From NCBI GenBank assembly GCA_963785235.1, contig CAWAUM010000003.1:416001-480000 (forward strand): 64,000 nucleotides of DNA, written 5' to 3'. The DNA is from an uncultured delta proteobacterium (GTDB lineage: Bacteria; Desulfobacterota; Desulfomonilia; UBA1062). Shown one piece after another: positions 1 to 9,736 of the stretch (positions within the stretch are counted from its first letter, which is position 1; the number at the start of each line of letters is the position of its first letter). Below the pieces are notes generated by a model. The model did not search any database. It saw only the letters and a program-made list of their open reading frames with translations, and was not told where the DNA came from. The position numbers and the translations under genes are program-made.

Positions 1-522
1 GATAGAGATATACAAAACATTGGGGTCATGCCAATAGATGTCCTGGGTACCGTCTCCATGATGGCAGTCCGTATCAACGATTGCTATCTTTTTAATTCTT
101 GGGTAATGGCTCCTCACCCATTCCACCATCACGGCCTCGATATTGATGTTACAAAAGCCGCGGGCGCCCTGGACCACCCTCATGGCATGGTGCCCCGGAG
201 GTCTCACCAGGGCAAAGGCGTTGTCCACTACGCCTTCCAGAACCAGACGGGCTGCCTCAATGCATCCACCTGCCGAGATATTGTGCGACTGAGTAATTCG
301 TGAACCGACATCGGGGACGCAGAAATGAGCACGGTTGATGTCATGCTCATCTGCAAGACCGGCCTTGAATTCACGGATGCCCTCAATATCCAGTATCCCC
401 TCTTCCAAGACCTGGTCTTGGGTATAGAGGAGTCTTTCCTTGCGTTCAGGATGGGTGGGTGTAATCTCCCAATCGTATGCAGGAAAAAAAATAAGCCCTG
501 TCCTTTTTTTTGCCTTGATCAT
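1..522 (-). CDS. Histone deacetylase (AcuC/HDAC-fold) family amidohydrolase, 3' end runs off the window
   Basis: Not in the ORF track. Minus-strand translation from ATG 522 reads MIKAKKRTGLIFFPAYDW..HPERKERL..RPPGHHA..GFCNIN..IAIVDTDCHHGDGTQDIYW, the canonical HDAC motifs. The start overlaps the upstream stop (TAATG). Confidence 0.92.
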   Translation of the reverse strand, partial: MIKAKKRTGLIFFPAYDWEITPTHPERKERLLYTQDQVLEEGILDIEGIREFKAGLADEHDINRAHFCVPDVGSRITQSHNISAGGCIEAARLVLEGVVDNAFALVRPPGHHAMRVVQGARGFCNINIEAVMVEWVRSHYPRIKKIAIVDTDCHHGDGTQDIYWHDPNVLYISI

Positions 523-2174
523 TAAGAGCTCCATTCACGCAGGATGCCGGGCCTTGTCTGTATCTTGACCCTCATGTTCCTTCCCACAGTGGAAAATCCC
601 CTTATCATGTTGAAACATTGCTCCTCGATGACGCTAAAATCCATATCATCACTAAGCCCCAGAAGGGAAGCATTCGCCCTGATGGCTTCAAATCCAAAGG
701 CCTTCAGCTCATCGATACTCAGAGTTCGAGCCGCCTCCTTTTCCAGGTTCAGTTCAGGACAGATTATCCTGCACAGCTGGGTATCGGCAAGCAAGGTGAT
801 TTGAGCCGTTGTACGGGCAAGGGCTGCGCCCAGGGCATTGGCCACCATTGCATGCTCTGGCACCTCACATTCCATATTGAATGCAGCCTGGATATACGGC
901 TTAAGCAACTGAGCCGGACCTCCGATGAGTATCACCCGGCTCGGCCTGATAATGTCAGGATGGAGCATCTCATAGATAGTATAAACAGGGTGACTGTTCA
1001 CCTCTTCCACAAACTCAAGGGCCGCCTTTTGGATATTATTTACCATAACCGAAAGTATCCTGGAACTGAGCTCCGTGATATCCATACCCAAGGACTCACT
1101 GATGGGCAGAAGAGCTTCTTTGGCCTTTTTAAGGTCTCCGATAGTGTGATTGCCGAGTACAGCCAAAGCATCCATGGGTGTCGGCGCAACACCGCCCATA
1201 CAGGCCGGCAGACCGCTTCTTCCAGGACCAACCCTGAGCTCGCCGGCTTCAGCGCGTACGCACGAATCACCACCGGTGCCCACAGAGATTACCTTGAGTC
1301 CGCGCACCAGTGTCTTGAGGCCGCCAATGTCCACACCTTGCGGTTCCAGAAGAGGGCTGCCATTCAGGAGGATCCCGATGTCCGTCGTCGTACCGCCGAC
1401 ATCCAGCACCAGTGCAGTCCCTTCCTGCTGATTTGTCAGCGCCAAGGCCCCCATCATGCTTGCAGCAGGACCGGACAGAATGGTCTCCACAGGGAGTCTG
1501 CTCGCTGCCGATGAGGCGTAGGTTCCTCCGTCTGCCTTGAGAAAAAACAACGGGGCATCAATCCCCAGCTTAACCATTGCCTTTTGTACGGCTGAAACGA
1601 ATCTTTCCTGCACAGGCATGACCGCTACATTGAGATACGTTGTGTTCAGACGCCTGGGAAAATTCAGACTTCCACTCATAGTATGGCCCTGGCATAGATA
1701 GCGGAAATCATCCTTGATCAAGGACGCTATGAACGATTCATGGGCGGTGTTCCTGACTGAAAATTTTGAGACAACACCAACACCTTCCACATTGGAGTCT
1801 GACATGCACCGTGATGCACGAAGAACCTCTTCTTTATCAATCGACACATATTCACGGCCCCGGTGGTCTATTGCACCACGGACCAGATGGAAGGAATCAG
1901 TCAGAAAATAGTGGCTGGGATCTATACCCGGGCCGGCAGAGATGATCATGCCCGTCTTTGCATATTTCTTCTCCACAATGGCATTTGTGGACAATGTTGT
2001 GGAAAGGACCACCCTCTTGACGCCCTTGAAATCAATGCCGAGGCTGCCCGCCGCCTCCAGGATGGAACCCACAAGATCATCTCCTGTAGGGGTTTTGACC
2101 GTAGAGAAAATCCTTTTTCCTGCCAGGCATACTGCGTCGGTGTGTGTGCCGCCGATATCAATACCTAAAATCAT
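522..2174 (-). CDS. Hydantoinase A/oxoprolinase family protein (ATP-binding, actin-like fold)
   Basis: GIDIGGTHTDAV, ETILSGPAAS, LDVGGTTTDIG, GGDS, GPGRSG and ANALGAA motifs; 550 aa. Confidence 0.9.
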   Translation of the reverse strand: MILGIDIGGTHTDAVCLAGKRIFSTVKTPTGDDLVGSILEAAGSLGIDFKGVKRVVLSTTLSTNAIVEKKYAKTGMIISAGPGIDPSHYFLTDSFHLVRGAIDHRGREYVSIDKEEVLRASRCMSDSNVEGVGVVSKFSVRNTAHESFIASLIKDDFRYLCQGHTMSGSLNFPRRLNTTYLNVAVMPVQERFVSAVQKAMVKLGIDAPLFFLKADGGTYASSAASRLPVETILSGPAASMMGALALTNQQEGTALVLDVGGTTTDIGILLNGSPLLEPQGVDIGGLKTLVRGLKVISVGTGGDSCVRAEAGELRVGPGRSGLPACMGGVAPTPMDALAVLGNHTIGDLKKAKEALLPISESLGMDITELSSRILSVMVNNIQKAALEFVEEVNSHPVYTIYEMLHPDIIRPSRVILIGGPAQLLKPYIQAAFNMECEVPEHAMVANALGAALARTTAQITLLADTQLCRIICPELNLEKEAARTLSIDELKAFGFEAIRANASLLGLSDDMDFSVIEEQCFNMIRGFSTVGRNMRVKIQTRPGILREWSS

Positions 2175-2296
2175 AACGACTCCTTCACTTCAAACCATAC
2201 CAATTCATGCCTTAAATGACAATCCTTCATGAAATCTTGCGTTGATCTTATGGATCTGATAGATCACGAAAGTGATAATCCCCTGGGAGGCAAATT

Positions 2297-3445
2297 TTGA
2301 ATAAAATGATACTTGCATGGATATTATTGGTCATGATCCTTGGGTGTTCCTCATCAGACCCACCTTGCCTGATACAGCATATCTGATGATAAGTCCGGTC
2401 TCAGGCCAGAGGATCTTTGCACAGGTCAATTCAGTGACAGACAATCCTCCAATGACCTACCAATGGACAACAACAGCACCAGGCGATGCGCTTGATGTTC
2501 CCGAGACCACACCGTATTCTGCATACTGGATAGCGCCGGAAACCGCAGGTCTCTTACACCATTTCCTGCACAGTTACTGACAAGGAAAAGAAACATATTA
2601 CCCATAACTTCAATATCCTGGTACGACCAAGGACTTTGGAGCGCAACCTTGTCGGGAATAGGATTTGATGTCTTGGCCATAGCCAAGGAAACCGAGTATA
2701 AAACTGGAGGGATCTGGGCTTCAGTAAGAGACAATAAAATCAGGTTCATTACATCAAAGACCAATGAAGAAAGCGTTTGGGGCAAGAATTTCTTCACCAT
2801 GCTCAGCCGGACAGATCCTACCACCCTGGAATTCAAGATATGGGGTGTTGAGGCCATAGGCAACAATATCATTGAGCTTACGGCGTCCTCAGAAGATACC
2901 CTGGCCTGTGGCACATGTTTGAATGTTGATACAATTAAAACTCTGGCTATAGATGTCAACGTACTGAGCACCCTCTGGGTTGGCTCCGATTCAGGCCTCA
3001 ATTATTACGATTCCACTGTCATCCCAACCCTGGAAGAATTATTTTTATGGACAGGTGAATGACCTGTCAGAGGGGCCTGATTATGTCTACGCTGCAACGA
3101 ATACCGGGGTATACAAGCTCGACTATGGGAAAAAGGAGCCGATCTATGGCGGCGATACCTGCGCAGTGCTTGCAGTAAGCAATGGATCAGCAACTGAAAT
3201 TTGGTCCGTAGTTCAGGGTGCGATACAAAAAGACGGCAAGCAGTTCGGTTCTCAGCCTCCGGAGGTAATTTGCAGCCTTGACAAGGATATCACGGGTAAT
3301 ATCTGGTGCGGGAAATACTGGTGGGATGGCAGCCATGTGGCATGAGGTGCCCGGCCTTGAATCCGTTACAATCGTCAAGGCCATTGCCAGCATGGAAGGC
3401 CTGACTTACCTGCTTTCGGACTCAGGGGTTCTGTACCGCTGGTAG
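2297..3445 (+). CDS. Lipoprotein with Ig/PKD-like segment and beta-propeller repeats, broken by about 5 indels
   Basis: GGGAGG RBS, then TTG-NKMILAWILLVMILGC (lipobox). Fragments join across frames: YQWTTT..YWIAPETAG/SYTISCTVTD, LWVGSDSGLNYYD, VYAATNTGVYKLD, GNIWCG, ending LLSDSGVLYRW-TAG at 3445. Confidence 0.65.
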
Positions 3446-4003
3446 GTTTGTACGTGAGGCGATGTCCTTGGCGATGCGCTCAAGCATATTGTTCAAGACC
3501 TCTTCAATGTAAGGTGACGGAACGTCCACATTCTGCAGCCGGGTCATGTGAAATGCACTCATCTTTGAAGACGCCTTTGCCGTGCGATAAAAAAGTGTCT
3601 GGGAATCAGCCGCCCCGAGAACCTTGATCGTCAGGAACACCGTAGTGGGTGAATCATTCCCTCCATAAGAAATGTGATCCAGAGAGCCTGTAATGATGTA
3701 CCCTGTCACGGGTACCTTATCTTTTGTATAGACAACCTGACGGTAGGCCTTCTGCTCGATCAGGTATCCAGCCAACCTCTGTGCGGCATACGCGCCCCAG
3801 CTTTCATTGCCCTTTGCGTCAAGAGGCATAACAACTGCCATACTCAAATAAGTACCTGCAAGACCCTGATCAATGGGAGTAGACTCTTCAAAGATCCTGG
3901 TGGGTTTTACGAGGGCGCAGCCGCTTATAAAGATAAAGGCAAAGAACATTGACCAGAACAACAATGCGGCCCTGCAGTGATGACCTTCCGTTAGCATTCC
4001 CAT
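3422..4003 (-). CDS. Putative lipoprotein (LpoB/CsgG/DUF4823-like alpha/beta fold)
   Basis: Hydrophobic signal ending FISGC; AGGGGAGGA RBS ahead of ATG 4003; VVMP..YIITGSL pattern. Confidence 0.6.
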   Translation of the reverse strand: MGMLTEGHHCRAALLFWSMFFAFIFISGCALVKPTRIFEESTPIDQGLAGTYLSMAVVMPLDAKGNESWGAYAAQRLAGYLIEQKAYRQVVYTKDKVPVTGYIITGSLDHISYGGNDSPTTVFLTIKVLGAADSQTLFYRTAKASSKMSAFHMTRLQNVDVPSPYIEEVLNNMLERIAKDIASRTNLPAVQNP

Positions 4004-4112
4004 ACATTGATCCTCCCCTTGCCCTCTTACACTTAAATTATCGGGTTTGCAGCTCTGGATCTTTAATGAAGGCGCCTTATTATTATGAAAACTGAAGATA
4101 GATAGATACAAT

Positions 4113-4141
4113 AAAAGGGCTGCCCCTGAGGACAGCCCTTG
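4113..4141 (-). terminator. Rho-independent terminator after the pilin gene
   Basis: Minus strand reads AAGGGCTGTCC-TCAG-GGGCAGCCCTTTT. Confidence 0.75.
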
Positions 4142-4172
4142 TCGTCACTTAAGATGGAAGACTGGAGGAAGA

Positions 4173-4607
4173 TTACTGTCTCAGGCTGTTCCACATCTGG
4201 GTGTTTACAACCACTACGCCCGCATTTAATGTTCCCCGATTACCATTATTATCAATGGCAAATACAATTCCATCCCCTGCCTGAGCATTCATACCAGTAG
4301 CACTGGCAACAAATCCGGCCTGCCATCCTCCTGCAGCAGCAATCACTTGTATATTATAATTCCTGTTCCCATCGGCATTGGGGTCTTGGAACCCCCTGGC
4401 TACCAGATTAGCAAGGGTGTCGTAACTGTTCCTTTCAGCAAAATTCTTCTCTTCCTGAAGGGCCAGTGTTTCCAGGGCTGTAACTGCTTCTGCCCTCCGT
4501 GTCCTGGTCACGTATGCGGTATATGAAGGAATAGCAATGGCAGCAAGGATCCCTACTATAACCACGACAACCATGATCTCCATGAGGGAAAAACCCTTCT
4601 TATTCAT
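4173..4607 (-). CDS. pilE: Type IV pilin, PilE/ComP-like
   Basis: Class III signal MNKKG|FSLMEIMVVVVIVGILAAIAIPSY with E+5, then Y..RTRRAEA..AL..LA..EEK.F, typical of PilE; AAGGAG RBS. Confidence 0.85.
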   Translation of the reverse strand: MNKKGFSLMEIMVVVVIVGILAAIAIPSYTAYVTRTRRAEAVTALETLALQEEKNFAERNSYDTLANLVARGFQDPNADGNRNYNIQVIAAAGGWQAGFVASATGMNAQAGDGIVFAIDNNGNRGTLNAGVVVVNTQMWNSLRQ

Positions 4608-4759
4608 CAACTGTCTCCTTTTCGGATATGGCTCAACCTTACTTATCGGCAGTTTTACCGATGTTGCAATAGGGGACTTCAATTATACCATGTAAAATAT
4701 GCACCCATTGCCGGGCAACCCTTGACTCTCTTGATCCTCTTCGATATATGGATGGGTTC

Positions 4760-6075
4760 ATGAAGGGTCGCATCAAGATATTCACCTATGGCTGCCAGAT
4801 GAACGACCTTGACAGCCTCAAGATGTACTCGGAGCTTTCCACCATGGGGTTTACACCCACCCAGGAGACGGCAGAGGCGGATATCATCATCCTCAACACC
4901 TGCTCTGTCAGACAAAAGGCCTATGAAAAGGCACTCAGCAACCTGGGGAGACTGAAGCGTCATAAGTCGAGGAAGCCTTCTTTAATTATAGCTGTGACAG
5001 GCTGCGTTGCCCAGCAGGAGGGTGATACGCATCAGGGAGCGCATGCCCCATGTGGACATCATCCTTGGCACCCATCAACTCCATCGCCTGCCCGATCTCA
5101 TTAGAGCACATACACAATGCCTCCTATCCAATGACTGAGACCGAGTTTTCCGAGGACATCCCTTCCATGGATATTGTCCCTGACCAGGGTTTATCGGACC
5201 ATCCGCACCGCTCATATATCAATATCATGCAGGGATGCGACAACTACTGCTCATACTGCATCGTACCCTATGTGCGGGGCCATGAGGTCAGCAGGGATTA
5301 CAAAAAAGTTCTCGATGAGATTGACCTGCATGCCTCTCGAGGGGTCAAGGAGGTCTTCCTGCTTGGCCAGAATGTAAATTCCTACAATGGCGGTATAACC
5401 TTCCCGGGGTTATTGAGAAGTATTCATGGTATCGACGGGATCGAACGGATCCGCTTTACCACATCCCACCCCAAGGATGTGAGCGATGGCCTTATTGAGT
5501 GTTTTCAAGACCTCGACAAATTGTGCAGCAATATACACCTCCCCTTCCAGTCCGGCTCCGACAGTGTTCTCAAGGCAATGAACCGGCACTACACCCACGA
5601 TTCATACCTGGGTCTCATTGAACGGCTTCGCTCTGCAAGGCCTGACATTTCCTTCAGCGCGGATGTTATGGTGGGTTTTCCGGATGAGTCGGAGCAGGAT
5701 TACCTGGATACCCTTGCCATCATCAAGACTGTCCGGTTTGATGTGCTCTACTCATTTAAATATTCGGTACGACCCGGCACTGCAGCGGCAGCACAGCTCA
5801 ATGATAATGTTTCTTCTGAAGAAAAGATCGAGAGACTGAAACAACTGCAGGCCCTTCAAAAAAGGATAACCCTTGAAAATAATCAAGACCGCATTGGAAA
5901 GATATATGAAGTCCTTGTAGATGGGATAAGCCCTAAAAACCTGCTTCAGGTCCATGGAAGGACCTCACAAAATGCCATAGTGAACTTCTTGGGTGACCAA
6001 GGTCTTATGGGAAAAACTCAACGGGTCCGCATCACACGCGCCAACCAAAATTCACTCACCGGGGAGATGGCCTGA
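4760..6075 (+). CDS. miaB: tRNA-2-methylthio-N6-dimethylallyladenosine synthase MiaB (two +1 indels near 5027 and 5103)
   Basis: TYGCQMN, NTCSVR, GCVAQ, CDNYCSYC radical SAM motif, LLGQNVNSY, RFTTSHP and a C-terminal TRAM domain. The intervening third-frame segment reads RIRERMPHVDIILGTHQLHRLP. Confidence 0.95.
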
Positions 6076-6136
6076 TATTTACTAATCAGGTTTTATGTTT
6101 GATCGCTTAGGCCTCTAGTGGTATTAATGGAGAGTC

Positions 6137-7052
6137 ATGGAACAGCCCAAGCGATGGCCTACCATCCTTCTCCTCATCATTATTCAGATTGCCTGGCTTA
6201 TTGTCCTGGTCATAGGGATGGTCTGGTATATTCATTACCGCCAGATCCGCATACGACCCATAGGCGTTTGGGATATTGTCATCATAAGCGAGGTTTCTAT
6301 CCTGTTTACCCTCATCCTTGCAGGGATCTATGCACTCTTCATTCTCTATCAGAGGCAGCTCACCCTCTTGAGGACCCAGATACATATCCTCCAGTCCGTC
6401 ACCCATTCCTTTAAAACACCTTTGGCCACTATGCAGCTCTACCTCGAAACAATCACCAAGAGGGAACTCCCTGAAAGCACAAAGGCAGAGCTCTTTGATG
6501 GCATGCGAACCGTAAACCAGCGATTGAAATCCCTGGTCTATAACTTCCTGGAGAGCGCCCGTCTGAGCTCCAAGCAAAGACCCTATATATTCTCCCCCAT
6601 TTCCTTGCCTCAACTCATTTCGTCCTACATAATGAATAACGAGGTGTTTCTCAAAGATGTGGAGCTGCATATCCACGCACTCGATGAGTACTATCCCCGT
6701 CTTAGTGGATAGCGATGCATTTGAAATGGTCTTTTCAAATCTTATCGAAAACGCCATCCATTATTCAACCTCATCACCCCGGGTGGAGATCAAGATGTGG
6801 AAAGAAGACAAGTGGGCATTTATCGAATTATCTGATAGAGGGATCGGCATACCCGAAGAACAACACCGGGATGTATTCAAGATGTTCAAGAGGCTCCCGG
6901 AGGGAGCCAGCCTCTGGGGTTCGGGAACAGGCATGGGCCTGTATGTGGTCAAGGGTATCATAAAATCACATGGAGGGAATATCAGGGTGAACGTTATCGA
7001 TAAGGGAGAGGGCACCTCCTTCAGAATCCGGTTGCCCCTTGCACGCTCATGA
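6137..7052 (+). CDS. Two-TM sensor histidine kinase (one +1 indel near 6689)
   Basis: Two TM helices, H-box VTHSFKTPL, N-box NLIENAIHY, DRGIGI and GTGMGLY, split over ORFs 6137..6712 and 6657..7052. Confidence 0.9.
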
Positions 7053-7738
7053 CAATCAAATGGCGCATCCTTATTGTCGAAGATGACCATGCACTCTCAC
7101 TGGGCCTCAGAATAAATCTTGAAGCGGAAGGGTATGAGGTCCTCCATGCACTAACAGCGGAAGAAGGCTTGACCATCCTTGACAACTCCAGTGTAGACCT
7201 TGTTGTTCTCGATCTCATGCTGCCTGGCATGGACGGTATTGAAGCGCTTGAGCGTATACGGGGCGAGAACCTTAAGCTGCCTGTGCTCATCCTCACCGCA
7301 CGTTCTTCAGTGGATGACAAGATTGAGGGTCTGAAGGCCGGGGCCGATGACTACCTTACCAAGCCCTTTCACCTGGAGGAATTTCTCCTCAGGGTACATA
7401 GGATGCTCGACCGTTACCAGTGGTATAAAAATGAGGACTCTCTGTTAATCGGTAAAACGAAAATCGACTTCAACACCCTTGAGATCATTGATCCTGCAGG
7501 AAAGATCTCACGCATCACCCCCCATGAAGCAAACCTCATCCAGTATCTCACCCTTCACCAGGACCGTATTGTCACTCGTTCCGAGCTTCTTAAGAATGTC
7601 TGGGGCCTCGATCCTGATATCGAGACCAGGACCGTGGACACGTTCATTTCCCGGATAAGAAGATATCTGGAGAGAGACCCCTCCAAACCCGAACACATCA
7701 TCAGCATCAGGGGCAAGGGATACCGTTTCATCCCCTAA
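7049..7738 (+). CDS. OmpR/PhoB family response regulator
   Basis: IVEDD, LDLMLPGMDG, GADDYLTKPF, and winged-helix RTVDTFISRIR..IRGKGY. Confidence 0.95.
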   Translation: MTIKWRILIVEDDHALSLGLRINLEAEGYEVLHALTAEEGLTILDNSSVDLVVLDLMLPGMDGIEALERIRGENLKLPVLILTARSSVDDKIEGLKAGADDYLTKPFHLEEFLLRVHRMLDRYQWYKNEDSLLIGKTKIDFNTLEIIDPAGKISRITPHEANLIQYLTLHQDRIVTRSELLKNVWGLDPDIETRTVDTFISRIRRYLERDPSKPEHIISIRGKGYRFIP

Positions 7739-7778
7739 GGAGTTAAGTAAGCTACTATATACAGGAGGCATTCATAGT

Positions 7779-8567
7779 ATGAAAACTCATATAAATAAGC
7801 TGCTGCTGTCCGTTATAACGTTAAGCCTTGTCCTTGTAACCATGTACGGATGTGCTTCCGCCCCCTATTCCGGCAGAAAACAGATCCTCCTGATTTCCGA
7901 AGGTGAAGAGATGTCTCTTGGTGTTAAGGCCTACCAGGATATCCTTAAGAAGGAAAAAATTTCCACAGACCCCAAGGTTAATGCCATGGTCAAACGGGTT
8001 GGTACCCGCATTGCGGCTGTTGCCAACAAACCCGAATATGCCTGGGAGTTCACGGTAATCGACAATCCCAAGACCGTTAATGCCTTTGCGCTTCCGGGCG
8101 GGAAGGTAGCGGTCTACACCGGTATCCTCCCTTACACCCAGACCGAGGCAGGACTTGCATTTGTGGTGGCTCACGAAGTAGGTCATGCCATCGCCCGTCA
8201 TGGCGGTGAGAGGATGAGCGAACAGCTCCTATTCCAGCTCGGCCAGCAGGGCCTAAACATAGCCATTGCAAGCAAGAGTCCTGCAGCCATTGAAGCCATC
8301 AATACCGGATATGGGTTGGCATCAACTGTTGGCGTAATACTTCCCTTCAGCAGGACAATGGAATATGAAGCGGACCACATCGGCCTGATCCTCATGGCAA
8401 AGGCCGGATATGACCCAAGAGAAGCCCCCGGTTTCTTCGAGCGCATGATGAAGGCCTCAAAGAATGCAAAACCACCGGAATTCCTATCCACTCACCCTGC
8501 AGACCAGGCGCGTATCAGGCAGATCAATGCGTTCATACCGGAAGCTATGACATATTATCATAAGTAA
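7779..8567 (+). CDS. M48 family zinc metallopeptidase lipoprotein
   Basis: Lipobox MYGC, NAFALPGG, HEVGH, EYEADHIG and STHP motifs. Confidence 0.92.
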   Translation: MKTHINKLLLSVITLSLVLVTMYGCASAPYSGRKQILLISEGEEMSLGVKAYQDILKKEKISTDPKVNAMVKRVGTRIAAVANKPEYAWEFTVIDNPKTVNAFALPGGKVAVYTGILPYTQTEAGLAFVVAHEVGHAIARHGGERMSEQLLFQLGQQGLNIAIASKSPAAIEAINTGYGLASTVGVILPFSRTMEYEADHIGLILMAKAGYDPREAPGFFERMMKASKNAKPPEFLSTHPADQARIRQINAFIPEAMTYYHK

Positions 8568-8575
8568 TCTCTCCT

Positions 8576-8626
8576 TTGACACGTTCGACACAATGATTTA
8601 TATGAATCTTATAGTTTAACTTCATG
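8576..8626 (+). promoter_or_regulatory. sigma70-like promoter plus 19-bp palindromic operator upstream of the MerR regulator
   Basis: TTGACA(8576)-17bp-TATATG, then CTTATAGT-TTA-ACTTCATG at 8608-8626. Confidence 0.7.
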
Positions 8627-8640
8627 CTTAAGAGGAGCAG

Positions 8641-9336
8641 GTGATGGGGCTGAAAATCGGAGAGATTGCAAAGAAGAGCGGCGTGCCCCCGTCAACAATA
8701 CGGTACTATGTACGGCAAGGACTCCTTCCGGAGCCGGACAAGGTCAACAAGAGCATGGCCTATTATGATGAGCGATGCATAGAAAATATTCTTGCCATCC
8801 GCCATCTTCAGGAACGAAAATATTTTCCTCTGTCGGTGATCAAAAACATCCTGAGGAGAATGGACCAGGGACTCAGTCTGGATGAGGCTGAAGCCATCGA
8901 GGATGCTGTCTTTGGGGCCCAACCCGAGACACCCGATAATGTTATGGACAAGGCACAGTTCCTTGATGCATCCGGACTTACGAACGATGAACTCCTCACT
9001 GCCCTTAAAATCGGGCTTATGATACCTTACCTCCAGGAAAAAGGACGCACCCTTTATAATCAGGAAGATGTCCGTTTTGCCAGGGAGGTCCTTAAGAAGA
9101 TCATCTCCTTTGGTCAGGATCTCCATGAGTTGAGCTTTTATGTGGAACTGGGAAAACAGATTGTCGACCACGAAATGAACCTTCGAAAGGTTGCTGTCAA
9201 AGGGAAAACGCAGCAGGAAAATATCCGCGTCACAACTGAGATTTCAAAGATGGCGGATCTCCTGAGGGGTTACATCATCCGGAGACTATTCCAGAGAAGG
9301 GTTCAGGCTGTTATCCAGAAGAGTCTGAGCGAATGA
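8641..9336 (+). CDS. MerR-family transcriptional regulator with a probable second HTH-like domain
   Basis: LKIGEIAKKSGVPPSTIRYYVRQGLL..YY..I..IR.LQ..PLSVIK; second repeat MDKAQFLDASGLTNDELLTALKIGLMIP..Y. Confidence 0.9.
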   Translation: MMGLKIGEIAKKSGVPPSTIRYYVRQGLLPEPDKVNKSMAYYDERCIENILAIRHLQERKYFPLSVIKNILRRMDQGLSLDEAEAIEDAVFGAQPETPDNVMDKAQFLDASGLTNDELLTALKIGLMIPYLQEKGRTLYNQEDVRFAREVLKKIISFGQDLHELSFYVELGKQIVDHEMNLRKVAVKGKTQQENIRVTTEISKMADLLRGYIIRRLFQRRVQAVIQKSLSE

Positions 9337-9736
9337 TGCCCCCGGTATGCGAGGAATATTACGGTAAAGATAGTTGAACCTGGATACTTTTTTTCCATAA
9401 ATTATGTAATTCTTTTCCAATGTTCTTGAAGATTTATTGGTGTGCCGTCATAACGCACCGAATTTTCAAGCCCATGCATTGAGCATGAATCTTGCAACAC
9501 AAGCATATGATTGCTTTTTTTGTGATGTATCCGGTTACGTTTTTCATTTAGGGTAGCATCTCTTCATGGAGGGAATGAAACGGGGACAGAAATAAATCCA
9601 TAAATATCTGCACCCCACAATAAGCATGTTTGTCTTTGTCTGTTCAGGGCATATGGATAAAGGCAACCATTACTTTAGAACTATGCTGCAGATACAATAC
9701 AAAGCGATATAAGTTATAAGGCAGAAAGGACATACA

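Noticed and set aside
4760-6075. Programmed frameshifting or phase variation in miaB, ygiQ and topB
   Set aside because: No slippery heptamers or long homopolymers at the shift sites, and two successive shifts per gene would be needed.
9480-9497. sigma54-like site GAGCATGAATCTTGCA
   Set aside because: It lacks the invariant -24 GG.
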